Source: Eledone cirrhosa (Eukaryota). From it: DNA of 64,000 nt. Both the position numbers and the translations under genes were made by a program. The notes beneath the pieces are model-generated. The model made no database searches and was not told the origin of the DNA. It was given only the letters and a program-made list of their open reading frames with translations. Of this stretch, positions 41,563 through 55,239 are shown piece after piece. Numbering within the stretch: the stretch's first letter is position 1; every line of letters begins with the position of its first letter. The stretch is from the NCBI GenBank assembly GCA_964016885.1, contig OZ024742.1:58900001-58964000 (forward strand), written 5' to 3'.

Positions 41563-42056
41563 GCGCTCCAAAATAGCGATATACATATGAATATACGTTT
41601 TTTATACTTAATGTTTTTCATAAACATCCCGTATATTTAATAATATACGGGATGTTTATGAAAAACATTTTGAAGGCCTTTCGCTATGAATTTTAAGGGT
41701 GTGAAGAATGTCACATACTCAGCTTCAGCAAAAAACAGGGGGAAGTAATCGACGATGCTACCGTTTCTCACTTATAAGTGGTTATCGAGACTACATATCT
41801 CTCCGCTTTTGTTGAAGCTAAACTAAGCTGGATTCTTATAGAATTTTGCATATGTTTATGAGTTGATGAAACTCATTTGCCCAAGGAGCAGTAGGAGGCT
41901 CGGAATAAATAAAAAAATTCTATTGGTGCTCCAAAATAACAATATATATATGAATGTACATATTGTATATTTAATAATATACGGGATTCGGAGCACCAAT
42001 ACACATTTTTAATTTATGCCGGGGCGGCTACCCCACCGTATACAAACGAGTTTCAT
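41563..42056. mobile_element. Nested fold-back pLTR-like insert with a decayed hammerhead (41668-41733, minus strand)
   Basis: Hairpin 41610-41670; direct repeat at 363-bp spacing; older inverted arms ~41866-41932 and 41990-42056. Minus strand reads TTTTG-CTGAA-GCT...AGC-GAAA-GGCC-TT-CAAAA. Confidence 0.55.
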
Positions 42057-42059
42057 AAA

Positions 42060-42376
42060 AAACAGGAGATTCAGCGTGACACAGCGTATAACGAAGCTGG
42101 TCTTTTTAATTATAGTTACAACTCATTTTCTCATGAAATGTGTAAGTAGCTGAGCATTTCATAGACACATATACACTTAACCTAATTCTCAGGGAGATTC
42201 AGCGCGACATAGTATGTGAGAATGCTGGCCCTTTTACGGATAAACCTATTTTTTCTACCAGAGTAGATTGATGCAATGTGAAAAATAAAGTATTTTGCTC
42301 GAGGATACCACGCGTAACCGGGAATAGAACTCACGACCTAATAATCGCAAGCCAAATACCTAAGCCATTCGCCTTC
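42060..42376 (-). mobile_element. Diverged CORE-type SINE with duplicated body
   Basis: Homologous to 34205-34476; GGAGATTCAGCG.GACA occurs twice. Confidence 0.65.
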
Positions 42377-43976
42377 GTGCAGCCTTGTAGAAGATCGCCT
42401 AATCTCATACGGATGTGAACCATAACATTGTAACTAATAATTCTAATTGCTTCTTAAAAATGCTTTGATGCAAAGAAATTACACTGAATTAATATTTAAT
42501 TAAAGACATGGAGTGTAAGAAAAAATGTCTATTATTCCATTTACAAATAGTTTCAACGGAAATGATATGTAACTAGTGAAATGTCTGCAAGAGTTCTTGA
42601 CACGTGAGCAATTAGTAAGAACAGAGGAAAGTTTCAGAAAATACCATCACTAAGTTATATAAATGTTGCAAGGGTTTTAAAGAATAGTTATTTGCTTTTA
42701 ACATTTACAATTGTAGCTAATTATATATGTTAAACAAGAATGCTGATTCGGAAGCTGAAATGGTTAAGCCATATTATTTTATTATTTTATTCTTCTGTTC
42801 TTTTACCAATTTCAGTCATTACACTGTTGCAATTCTAGGACCTCATTCGATTTGAGTTGACCAGTACTTATTTTTCAAGTTTGGTACATATTTTATCGAT
42901 CTATCGAAATGTTACGTTACAGGATATATATAAACAGTAAACTTAAACACCTACCCCCACACACACATGCGCACGCGCACACACACACATATGTATGCAA
43001 AAAGTGAACGGAAAACAACACAGCAAACGATACAGTACAATGAATATATATATTAGTTTAACGCTTAATATAGTAGGAAAAGAGTCTTAACGTTTCGGAG
43101 GTTAGTCATTCATCGAAGATAGATTGAGAAATAAAAGAAGAAATAGAAAGATACAGGAGAGTGAGAAGAGGAAGAAACGGAATAATGTTTTGGAGAAAGA
43201 ACACGTATGTTTTCAGTCAACCAATAAACAAAAGGCATTTCGACTGTTTCCGTCAACCAAATTTCACTCATGAGGCATTGATTAATCCAAGGTTTGTTAT
43301 GGTAGAAGACATCTGAACAAGGTGCCACGCAATGAAGCTGAATCTAAGATCACGAGGCTGCGTAATTAACTTCTTAACCACACAACCTCGGGATCGATAA
43401 TTTAAATATCAGATCTCTAGAGGAGTCTATAAAATTGTTTATGCCATCACCTTTTATACATTACCATTGGAAGAAATGATTATATAGAAAGATAATCTTA
43501 AGGTAGGATAATACATAATCCATTGCTCAGTTTGACACTGCCACTTAGTTTTGAGTTAAAACTTTGTTAGAAATGTTGATCTCTGGGGAAATCAGAGAAT
43601 TGGTGAAACAGCATAGAATGTACTCGCTAAACGATGTTGTATAAACTGAATGTTTTTGAAAAAAATTATTTAGTGATAGTGTTTTTTAAATTAATTAAAA
43701 GTGACGGCCATGTGTTCTTATGTCACTCGACAAGTCGTAAACGTGGCAAACAAATCCATACAGTAAGTTTAAAAGAAATCACCAGTAAAACGTTCGTTTT
43801 GCTGAACTTGTTTAACTTGTTGTCATAAGACTTCACCCCTTTACATGTATGTATAGAACTGAACTTCAGATGGAGTTGCAGGGGCGCCGACGTACGGTGG
43901 TTCTTGTGCATTTTTTTTACAAACTTCTCGGGAGATCATCTATTTTCCTAGTTTGAACACAACCGATTTCTTCCAG

Positions 43977-44011
<35 letters not shown>

Positions 44012-44074
44012 GGGGGGGGGGGGAGAGTGTGTGTGTGTGACAGAGGGGAAGCGAGACAAAGGTATAAAAGAAAC

Positions 44075-44232
44075 AACGGTACCAGTACTAGAGAGGTACT
44101 TTTTTATCGAGCTCCAAAGGATAGAAGGCAAAGTTGACCTCAGCGGGGTTTGAATTCAGAGAGCACAGAACCGGAAATAGTACTGCATATCATTCTATCC
44201 GACGTTCTAAAGACTTTGCCAATTCGTCGCCC
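44075..44232 (-). mobile_element. Diverged Meta-domain-like SINE
   Basis: GGTACTTTTTTATCGAGCTCCAAAGGATAGAAGGCAAAGTTGACC...TTTGAATTC. Confidence 0.7.
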
Positions 44233-44874
44233 ATTTCTCTATTTAACTTAACTTTATTTACACCTCACTATCATTGCGTTTATTCATGTGTTGTTAATTC
44301 TCTATGAATTAAGAACGATAAAAAACATGACCGAGTACTTTCACTTTGTATATAATTAAAACACTATTTCCTCATTCTTTATTTTACAGCAACAACTTAA
44401 TGGTTAATGGTTAGTAGTTAGTAGCTAATAGTTAATAGAATAGACACTAATTAAATGATACGCAAGCCGTACTGAATGACACACACATCTTCAGACATGT
44501 CGTGGACACTTTTAATATAGGCGTGTGTGTGTATGTGTATGTGTGTGTTTGTGTGTAACTCTCCCTCTCTCTTTCTCTCTCTCACTCTCTACACTCTCTC
44601 ACACACACACACACAAACACACACATATATATATACATATATATATACATATATATGTATATATATATAAGTATAGGAATATGCTTGTGTGTGCGTGTTC
44701 GTGGATACGTGTATATATGTTATATATGTTTATGTATTCATTTGTATATACAAACATCCACACACACACATATGTGTGTGTACATATATATATATATATA
44801 TGTATATATGTTTATGTATTCATTTGTATATACATACATCCACACACACATATGTGTGTGTACATATATATATG

Positions 44875-44950
<76 letters not shown>

Positions 44951-45422
44951 GTGTGTGTATGTAATATGTAGAGGATTAACAAATATGACAGTAACACATA
45001 CATTATCAATCAAAGAAGCAATTGTGAAATAACCGTAGTTAAAGGTCGTGCAGTTAAAGGTCAGTGTTGGTGTGTTGGCTAAGTTGATAACCTGTTAAAC
45101 ACTTCAACAATTCTCTTTGGAAGCAAATCTCTTTATTGGTCATAACATTATAGCAACAGGAAGTGGAAGGCAACAGCGATATTTAACAAGCACAAATCTT
45201 TGCACACACGTATATATGTATATATATGTATATATATATATATTTAGGTTTGTTGGTTTACCACTCGATAGAACTGGTCATTCCGTATGGTTAACTTCGA
45301 TGTAATATTATGGAGAGCACTCAACGTAATGCAACTCACCCGTCTTCGTTTGTGTAGTTGGTGGTGCGAGTACGGAGTTATAACAGGAGGTTGTACTGGT
45401 GTCATTCCTTGAAAAGTTTATT

Positions 45423-45480
45423 ATACTATGACCATTTCAATGATCGGGTTCAGTATGAATCCGGTGACATCATCAGGTAT
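45423..45480 (-). ncRNA. Type I hammerhead ribozyme in a TA-flanked non-coding insert (~45244-45600)
   Basis: ATAC-CTGATGA-imperfect 14-bp stem II-GAAA-TGGTCA-TA-GTAT. Confidence 0.7.
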
Positions 45481-46063
45481 TCGAAATATAAGAAAGGAAT
45501 ATAATAGACAAAATCCATGGGGCTGAAAATCAGAGACATGAGGGCGACCGAACATTTAGCAACTTCTACCCCGGTCGGCTGCCCTCAATATATAACATAC
45601 ATGTATATATATATATTCGCTCATATATTCACACAGCTTATGCTGAAAGAATAACTATGTTGCTTGTGTTTATTTCCATCTTCGGTTAGCTTCCCCCTGT
45701 GTTGTTTACTTGTCTCACTAGCTTTACGCGTTTCTATTGTCCTAATAACTTATTTTAGTTATTATCGCTCCAACGTGAGGTATATGATTTTTAATGCGAT
45801 GAAATACCCATGATCGTTTGGTAAATCACTGATGAGGGACTCATTTTATAACATGTTATCCATGTGCAACCAGCAGTATTCTTCTCACCCATATTTTTCA
45901 CATATATATATATATAATATTAAGGATACTATTTATAGTTATGTATATTTTAAACTATAAACAGGGAAGGTCAGTAATTTATTACTATCTTATTACCAGT
46001 AAGATAAATAGCTCAATGTAAGAACATCAGTTGTTCTACAGAGCAGTTATATAGAATATATAT

Positions 46064-46377
46064 ATGACCAAGGGATTTGCACCTAGAAAGTTGCCCTCCG
46101 AAGCACAAGCCCAAGCAAGGTTGTTTGTGGAGGACCAGCAGTCGCCTATGCATACTAGTCTCCCATCTCCACGACACCAATGTTGTTCAAGTGAAAGGCA
46201 CAGGCTGATACAGCCGGGTACCAGTGACGTCGCAACCCATTTCTACAGCTGAGTAAACTGGAGCAACGTGAAATAAAGAGTCTTGCTCAAGAACGCAACA
46301 CATAGCCCGGTTCGGGAATCGAACTCATAACCACACGATTGTAAGCCCGACGCTCTAAACACTAAGCCATGCACCTT
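46064..46377 (-). mobile_element. tRNA-derived CORE-type SINE with a different 3' tail
   Basis: A box TGGCTTAGTG; B box GAGTTCGATTCC; CTTGAGCAAGACTCTTTATTTCACGTTGCTCCAG..TAGAAATGGGT. Confidence 0.8.
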
Positions 46378-46476
46378 CACACATACACACACACATATAT
46401 ATGTATATACATATATATCTATATCTATATATGTGTACACACACACACACACATATATTTATATATATATGTATAT

Positions 46477-46576
<100 letters not shown>

Positions 46577-46594
46577 CTATATATATATAATAAC

Positions 46595-46632
<38 letters not shown>

Positions 46633-49600
46633 GTTATGCAAAATTTCCGACGGGTAGAGTGCTGGTGAAGCCAACGAATGCAAGAAAGCTTCACTCGCAT
46701 CTATTCCCAGGTTGCAGTTTCTGGAATCAAGAAACAAGATTGGTCTTGTTAATAAATTAGGACAAGCCATATTGAAAGAATGATTTCGGTTTAGCACCAT
46801 TTATCCGAACAGAGATACTCGGGCATTCGTACAGAGACCATCCGTGCGGATCGTGTTGGCAGAAGGAAGGGTGGAACTGCCATTTTCCTGCATGATTCCT
46901 TTACGACAGATGTAACACAACATTCTCCAATGGCTACTGTGAATCAGTCACTGTGCACAATAAAGCCAATGACATGACATTAATTGGGCTCTATAGGCCA
47001 CCACAAACACCCATAATCTGCTTCAAAGAATGCCTCAACAGTATTAAATGCTTTATTAAACAGTGCCATTCTAGCAACATACTTTTGATGGGAGACTTTA
47101 ATCTACCCTGTGTCGATTGGTCTACATGTAGTTTGAAACCAGGCACGCCAACCTCAACCACTGACAAAGAAGCTGTCGAGTTACTTCTTGACTTCATGAA
47201 TGAGTTTTTCTTGTCCCAACTTGTCCTTGCACCAACAAGGCATGAGAAGAACATTCTGGATCTAGTGTTTAGTAACCACACTAACGCTATCCATAATATT
47301 ACAGTGGAAAAAACCCTTCTCTCAGACCATGACATGGTTCTTTGCAACCTGAGATTCCATCAGCCGAAAGCTAATCCCAGGGTCCTCTTTCCAGCCCACC
47401 CATTTGATAACATGGATCTCTACGATGCCAACTGGGATGCAATTATGAACGAACTATCACATATTGACTGGTCTTTTACACACGCACACATTTCCACCAA
47501 CATCTTGGCAGATCTTTGTAGACACTGTCACAAATATATGTACAAAACACACACCACCAAAACCTGTGAACAAAACAAAGTGCAGTATCCCTCAAAACAG
47601 AAAAACAATTATCAGAAAAATAAAAAGAACAAACAAAAAAATTAACACTAAAATACTGCCAACAGCAACACACACATTCGATGGCTTTGCCCTGCTGGAG
47701 TCAAAAAAATATAACCTCCAACAATGCATGATGACCATCATCAATAACCAGAGAATAGCTGAAGAGAGGTGGGCCATTGAGAAAATCAAACTCAACCCCA
47801 AAGTGTTCTTTTCATGTGTTAAAAAACACAAGGTCACCGTCTCCACTGTTGGCCCCCTAGTTGATGAAAATGGCACACTCCAGGACAATGCTAAAACCAT
47901 GGGCGAGATACTGCAGAAACAATACTGCTCTGTTTTCAGCAATCCTGATATGGCCGATCTGGGCTGTATCAGTGATGTTAATCCCCCACACACTATATCA
48001 GACATAACGTTTGGCGCCCCTGATGTCTTAGCAGCCATAAACGAAATTAAACACAATTCAGCAGTAGGCCCCGACAGGTTCCCTGCTTGTGTCCTGAAGG
48101 TGTGTCGACACCAACTTACATCTCCTCTTGCTAATCTGTTGAGGAACTCACTGGACACTGGCTATATTCCTGAAAACCTTCTGACCCAGTCCGTGTCCCA
48201 GTCTTCAAAAAGGGAAATAAGTCCCTTGCAGTGAACTACCGTCCGATCTCACTCACCTCTCATATTATCAAAGTATTTGAGAAGGTGGTGAGATCACGAA
48301 TAACCCACTTTCTTGAAAGCAACGGCCTGCTGAACTCCAACCAACATGGGTTCCGTAATGGAAGGGACTGCCTAACGCAGCTCCTGCATCACTTTGACGA
48401 TGTTTTGAGAGTCTTGGAGAGGACTCTAACACTGATGTCATCTACCTTGACTTCAGCAAGGCCTTCGACAGGGTTGATCATAAGATTCTACTGAAAAAAA
48501 CTATCCAATGTTGGTGTCTCTGGAAGGTTACTACAGTGGATCAAATGTTTCCTGACAGGCAGAACCCACCATGTTGTAGTCGAAGGAGTAAAATCAAGCC
48601 CTGCCAAAGTCAGCAGTGGCGTCCCACAAGGCACTGTGTTGGGCCCACTTCTTTTCATCATCTATATTAATGACATTACTGACATCATCAAGCACAGCAA
48701 CATAAGAATCTTCGCAGATGATTCCGAGCTCCAATGGCTCATCAATGAGGTGGGTGACCGGACTTGCCTTCAGTCAGACCTACAGGCTGTTATCCAATGG
48801 GCAGAAAAGAATAATATGCTGTTGAATAAGGATAATTTTGAATTAATCCACTTTGGAAAAAAGATGCCCTGAAACTACCATACTCTCTTCCTTCGGGTGA
48901 AACTCTAGTGGAATTCAATAAGACCAGAGACCTGGGAGTAATTGTGGACAACAACATAAGCTGGGCCACTCATATAAACAGCAAGTTGATATGGCCCGCA
49001 GAATGTGTTCCTGGATTCTCAGCACTTTCCAGTCAAGAGATATCCACTCTGTTATCCTTCTCTTCTCCATTTTTGCCCGATTCCACCTTGAATACTGTGG
49101 TCCATTGTGGTCACCCCGCACGAAACAAAGTATCATGAAAGTTGAAGCACCCCAAAGGTCAATTACAAAAAAGATAGATGGCATGACAGGCCTTGACTAT
49201 TGGAAGCGATTAGAAAAGCTCAACCTTTATTCTCTCCAACGTCGCCGTGAGCGCCACATTATCTGCATGATGTGGAAAATATTCCATCAGCTTTGCCCAA
49301 ATGATGTTGGCATCACCTTTAATGTACACCCAAGGCTTGGGCCTTGTGCTATCCGCCCACGACAAAAATCTCACTCGCATCTCATAACAACAATACGGCA
49401 CAATTATTTCACCTCAATTGGCCCTGCTCTCTTTAACATTACACCAAAACATATCAAAGCAGAGACAGACCCCACCAAGTTCAAGAAGTCTTTGGATAAA
49501 TTCCTTCAAGAAATCCCGGATAAGCCTCCTACACCCGGATATGCCTCCGTAAACAATAACTCTCTGCTCGAGTGGGCCATGGTGCCCAAACACTGATTTG

Positions 49601-49690
49601 TAAGACTTCGCTAGGTGGTGCTATTAAGTTAGACATGGCCTGGGCCAATACTGGCCGAAACCTATCAAAGTTATCAAAGTTATCAAAATT
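46633..49690 (+). mobile_element. CR1-group LINE, 5'-truncated, frameshifted ORF2 (APE + RT)
   Basis: LYRPP, MGDFN, LDLVF, SDHD, NYRPISLTS, QHGFR, DFSKAFD, SGVPQG, IFADD, LEYC, SLQRRR, LDKFLQEIPD; 3' tail (TTATCAAAG)x~3. Confidence 0.9.
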
Positions 49691-50217
49691 ATATATATAT
49701 ATATATATATATTTATTTATTTATTTTGTCAGTAGTACTAAGACAGCGTTAAACATAATTGAGAATGTATATGAAAGCATATACTATATAGATATCCACA
49801 ATAAACCTATGAGAACTTCGCTATCACAGAAAAGAAATATATATCAGTTCCTATTAGTAGTGATAAACAATTGTGTTTCTGAGCAGATGTAGTACAGAGA
49901 GAGGGCTGGGAAAGACCAGGTTTGATTTCTACTTCCCTTGTAATTACTGTTAATGTTCTTCTTCTCTATACCCTCTGTCAGTCTGCTTATTTCCCTGTCT
50001 GCCTCTCTGCTACTACTATGGAATATATCCCTCTCAGCATTTATCTATATTTCTGTCTGCACGCATGCGCACGCACATACACACGCACACAAACACACAC
50101 ATACACACACACACACACACACATAATCCAAGTATCTCATACCCATTACGACACCACCATCAACATGACAATATGATAAACATGGTAAATATACTGGCAA
50201 CAAGAACCTTATATTGG

Positions 50218-50440
50218 ATTTCTAGTATAGGCACAAGGCTAGTAATTTGGGGGAGGGAAAAGTCGATTAAATCGACCCCAGTACGTCACTACGTTACTGG
50301 TGCTTTATTTTATCGACCCCGTAAGGATGAAAGGCAAAGTTAACCTCGGCGGTATTTGAACTGAGATCGTAAAGGACCATAAATCTAAGCTGCAAAGCAC
50401 GGTGCCCGACTCTCTACTGGTACTGCCAATCCACCGCCCT
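50218..50440 (-). mobile_element. Full-length Meta-domain-like SINE
   Basis: Same head, core and tail as 40534-40720. Confidence 0.85.
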
Positions 50441-50661
50441 TTATATTTGAATTAATAAACATGAATAATGATGATAGTGATGCCAGTGGTGGTTGTGATG
50501 ATGATGATTATGATGATAGTAGCGGAAACATAGAAGAGACAGAGGGGTTAGGATTGATGTGTGGTGGTGGTGTGTGAGAAATTGGGATCAATAAAGGTGA
50601 GGGAGAGAGATAGTGCGGGAGAAACAGATAGATAGAGATAGAAAGGGAGCGATAGAGCGAA

Positions 50662-50727
<66 letters not shown>

Positions 50728-50888
50728 AGAGGAAGTGACAGTGGCCATATCATGTCTGAAGAATGGGACCCGAAGAAGCTTTAGTTGTTATTTCTGCGAA
50801 AATGTTCCCCTGTTCGCTTGTGAACGAGTCATATATAATATATATATATAACATGTGCCCCCCCCCCCCCCCCACATACACACATACG

Positions 50889-51023
<135 letters not shown>

Positions 51024-52750
51024 CATTTCCGCATCCCCTTATTGGAAAAGGCCGACCAGTACGATGCTATACCATTATTGTATATGAGGATGAAAATTAT
51101 GAGAAGTCGTACTCCAAATGTTAGCACAGAAGAAGGAACGAATGAAGAGAGAGGGGTATAGAAAGCACTGTCAAATTCCAACCCCTTTCCTCTATTTCTT
51201 ACATCAGGAAATAATGGAGCTGGGAATTGGGGTAGGCCATTGTATGTGTATGGTGTGTGTGTTGGTGTGGTAGTGTAGTGGGGTTGTGTGTGTGAATAGA
51301 AGTGGGGTATGTGTATATGTGTGTCTGTTGGGGGCGGGCGATTACTTTGTTTATCACCCACAATAGGGTCAACTACGTAGAGGTCCATTGTGTTTCCTTT
51401 CTTTTTCTGCCTACATAAGATTTAACATTAATTTGCCATTTAAAGGGACCCCTAATTATACAATTTCCTCTCCCAAATGTTTACGAAACTGTACAGAAGT
51501 TTCACTTTTTTGTTCATATTGTTTTGACGTATTGCCATTGTTTTTAGAAAGTTTGTGGGTAAGACAGTGAATTGGCAGAGTCGTTTGAGCGTCGGATTAA
51601 GTATGCTTCGGTATTTGTTCCGGCTCACTGTACTCCGAGTTCAAATTCCGCCAAGGTCAATTTGTTATATATATATGTATATGTATATATATATATAGAG
51701 AGAGAGAGTGCTTTCCTGGTGATTTCTCCCGAATGAAACAGTTCTAGTCCTGTAGAAGCCATTTCTATATTTAATATTTATATTCTGATATGTATTGAGT
51801 ACTTACTGTGGTTACCCTCGATTGAACCCGGGATATATATATGTGTGTGTGTGTGTTATCATTTACACGTATATATAACAAATATATATATCGTGGAATC
51901 GAACTCATGATCGTGAGTCCCAAACCCTAAATCTCTAACCCACGATAATGTTGATGTTGATGCTGATGTTGATGCTAATGTCAATAGTGTGAATAATTAC
52001 AACATGTCACAGTAACAACAACAACCCACCATCCCTCCCACCATCACCCCACTCCCCCACTCCCACTCCCTCTACCAAATAACATTTATCTCAGAAATCT
52101 TTTGTTTTAGTGTTTTTTTACTTTCTTTTCTTCAGCCGATTTTAAAAAAATACTTTCTCACATTTAATTGGTTTCTTATTTTTTTCTCATCCATGATATC
52201 TCTTTCTCTCTCTCTCTCCCTTTTCACACACTCACACACACATACGCACGCACACACATGCACTAACACATACACACATGCACTCACACATACACACGCA
52301 CACAGACACACACAGAGACACACACACACGCACGCACACACATGCACTAACACATACACACATGCACTCACACATACACACTCACACAGACACACACAGA
52401 GACACACACACACACTCACACACATACACACTCCTACACACACACATAGACGCACAGACACACATAATACACACACGCACGCACACACACACACACACAC
52501 ATTCACTCACACATACACACTCACACAAACACACACTCACACACACACACAGACAGACACACTCACAAACAATCTATCCTCCTACTCTCTTTTCTCTCTT
52601 ACAAAAGCCATGCATTTCTCTCTGCATTCTCCAACTCCTCCCTTTCCTCCTTTCTCTCTACCTCTTCCTTGCAACTACCCTTGCTATCTCGTAGTCGCTG
52701 TCTTCTCACTTTTCCCATCTTCAGTCAGATTCGTCTATCTATCTATCTAC

Positions 52751-54865
52751 AACTTCAGGCCCATAACTCTGCTCAACACAGAGTTAAAGATTTTGGCCAA
52801 GGTGCTAGCGACGAGGTTGGCGCTTGTCGTCGAGAACCTGGTAGGGAAAGCGCAAACGTGTGCAACCCCGACCAGGTCCATACACGACAACCTCCACCTC
52901 ATGCGATACATCATAGGGAAGGTGGGTAGTAAACCCGGCTTCGGTGGGGCTCTGATCAACTTGGATCAGTCTAAGGCATTCGATAGGGTCGACTATCGAT
53001 ACTTGGAAGCGGTTCTCAAGGCGGCCGGTTTCGGTCCCGTGTTCAGAGGATGGATCGAGGCGATGCACACCAGCATCTGCTCGAGGGTCAAGGTGAACGG
53101 CTACCTATCGGAGTCATTCGCAATCACGCGTTCCATTCGACAGGGGTGCCCTCTCTCCTCCATTCTGTATGTATTGACTCTAGAGCCTCTACTGCGGAAA
53201 TTGGAGCTGCTGCAGGGCATCCCTCTAGAACCGGGACTGCGGAAAGCGGCGTCGGCTTATGCCGACGATGTGACGGTAATGGTGTCGAGCACCTCGGAAA
53301 TCGGGGTGATCGGCAACTTACTGAAAGAATACGAAACGCTGACGGGAGCAAAACTAAACCCGGACAAGTCTGTCGGTTTGCAACTCGGTACGTGGAGAGG
53401 CAAACCGATGACGTCCGACAGCGTAGTTGGACGCTGGACGGACGGACCGGTGAAATTGCTCGGGGTCTGGTTCGGTCCAGACCTCCAGATGGAGAAAAAC
53501 TGGAACGAGGTCACGGCCAAGGTGTTTGCACTCACCCAGAAGTGGGCAGAGTGCAAACTGTCCTTGAAAGGTCGAGCGGTGGTGGCGAACACTTTCATAG
53601 CGTCCGTCATCTACTACCGCTTGACTGTCGTGCCTTGTCCCGTGAACACCTCGCCAAGATGGAACGCATGCTCTTCCAGTTTCTGTGGAAGAAGCAGGCT
53701 CCGTTGGTGAAGAGATCCGTCTGCTGTCAGCACCCTTCCAACGGAGGGCTGGGAATGCCGTGGCTGATGATGCGCAAACATGCGCTGAGGCTGCGGCATC
53801 TCCAGGTATTCCTCACCGACCCCTAACCGGTGTGGGCACCGTTTGTGAGACAGGCTTTCCACAGCTCGTCTCGCTGACGGAGCTGCAGTCCTGGGTCAAG
53901 AAAAGACCGAAAACGATGGGCGCCTGGCACATTGAATGCGCTAAGGCGCTCACAGTCCTCTGGCAAGCGGGCGCAGCAATCAGTGGAGACTCCACTTCGA
54001 CATTTTATAGAGGGATTGTACGTTACAAGGGCGACGACGTGCTCGGAGAGACTCTGGGCGTCGAAGACGATGGGATCACCAGTCTGTTTGGTAGGACTTT
54101 CCGCCCGGGACCTATGGACAACTTACAGAGATCCCTGGCCTGGCAGTGCTACCGAGGAGCTCTACGGGTTCGTGACAAGAACTACAGGCACGGACAGGGA
54201 TCCTTCCAAGAGGACGTGTCCAAGATGCGCGCAGGACATTGAAACAGTCCTGCACGCAATTGTACACCGCCCGGGCGTAACCGACCTGTGGAACCATGCA
54301 GAACAACTGCTGTCGCGTATGGGACAAATTCAGTTGACTGCCGAGTCCATAGTAAGGATCAAACCGCCAGCCTCTTTCAAAAACGAAAGAGGGGCGGTTT
54401 TCCTCTGTACGGTGGCTATGGTGAAAGAAGTTATATGGTGGACGAGGTTGAGAGGACTGAGGACAGATGACTTTCTCTCCGGACAACAATTGATTCCCTT
54501 CTTTAAGTATCACTTTAGAAGGAGAATCAAAGTGGAGAGAGAGGCACTGCACCCCAGTAAATTTACTGAAAGGTGGGTGAATGAAGCGAAAATGGCCCTA
54601 GTGATTGGGCCTTCTCTGTTTATAAGCCTGTAGGTTGAAGAAGAGAGCAAAAGGAAGAAAGGAGCTCTTGCACAACACGCTCCTGGAGTTGAGGGTTGTT
54701 CTATCGACGGGGTATTAAACAGCCCATTTGTGGTGCCTCCCCCCTATTGGGGATTTCGACTGTTGTAATTGTTTGTTTTTATATTTTTGACATGACTGTA
54801 TGTAAAATCCCCGGCATGTCTTTGTATTGTCCTCTTTTCTTGTACGCCCTTGTGGCTAATAAAAC

Positions 54866-54866
<1 letters not shown>
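52751..54866 (+). mobile_element. Tx1-like LINE B, 5'-truncated (RT to 3' UTR)
   Basis: NFRPITLLN, KAFDRV, QGCPLS, YADD, CPRC..HA; AATAAA at 54858; preceded by ~(TCTA)4 at 52734-52749 and followed by (TATC)n. Confidence 0.93.
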
Positions 54867-54941
<75 letters not shown>

Positions 54942-54961
54942 GTCTATCTATCCATCTATCT
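54867..54961. repeat. (TATC)n tail/target between Tx1 B and C
   Basis: Direct reading. Confidence 0.95.
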
Positions 54962-55239
54962 CCGAATGGCATAGACGTGCTTCACATCGGCTCCGCGAAT
55001 ATTGGAGATATTACGTCTTAACAGTAAGTGTTTGTCTGTATTCTCGCGTTATTGTGTTAATTAACCCCCTTGCCTGGGTCTTCGGACATTAGGGTTAATT
55101 TATTTCACCCCTTTTGGGGTGAAATTTTTCCTCCTAAAAATCTTGCAATTGTCTCTACGCTAGTGGTAATGACACGCCCACTAAACAAACTAAAGGAGAG
55201 CGAGTAGCTGCGGCAACAAGCCACCCTACTGAAAGAATA

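Noticed and set aside
45820-45900. CTGATGA-GGG...CCC
   Set aside because: No GAAA or stem III follows; at best a truncated remnant.
52193-52750. N-terminal extension of the 505-aa RT ORF
   Set aside because: It is (CA)n/(CT)n flanking DNA that happens to be in frame; the element starts at 52751.
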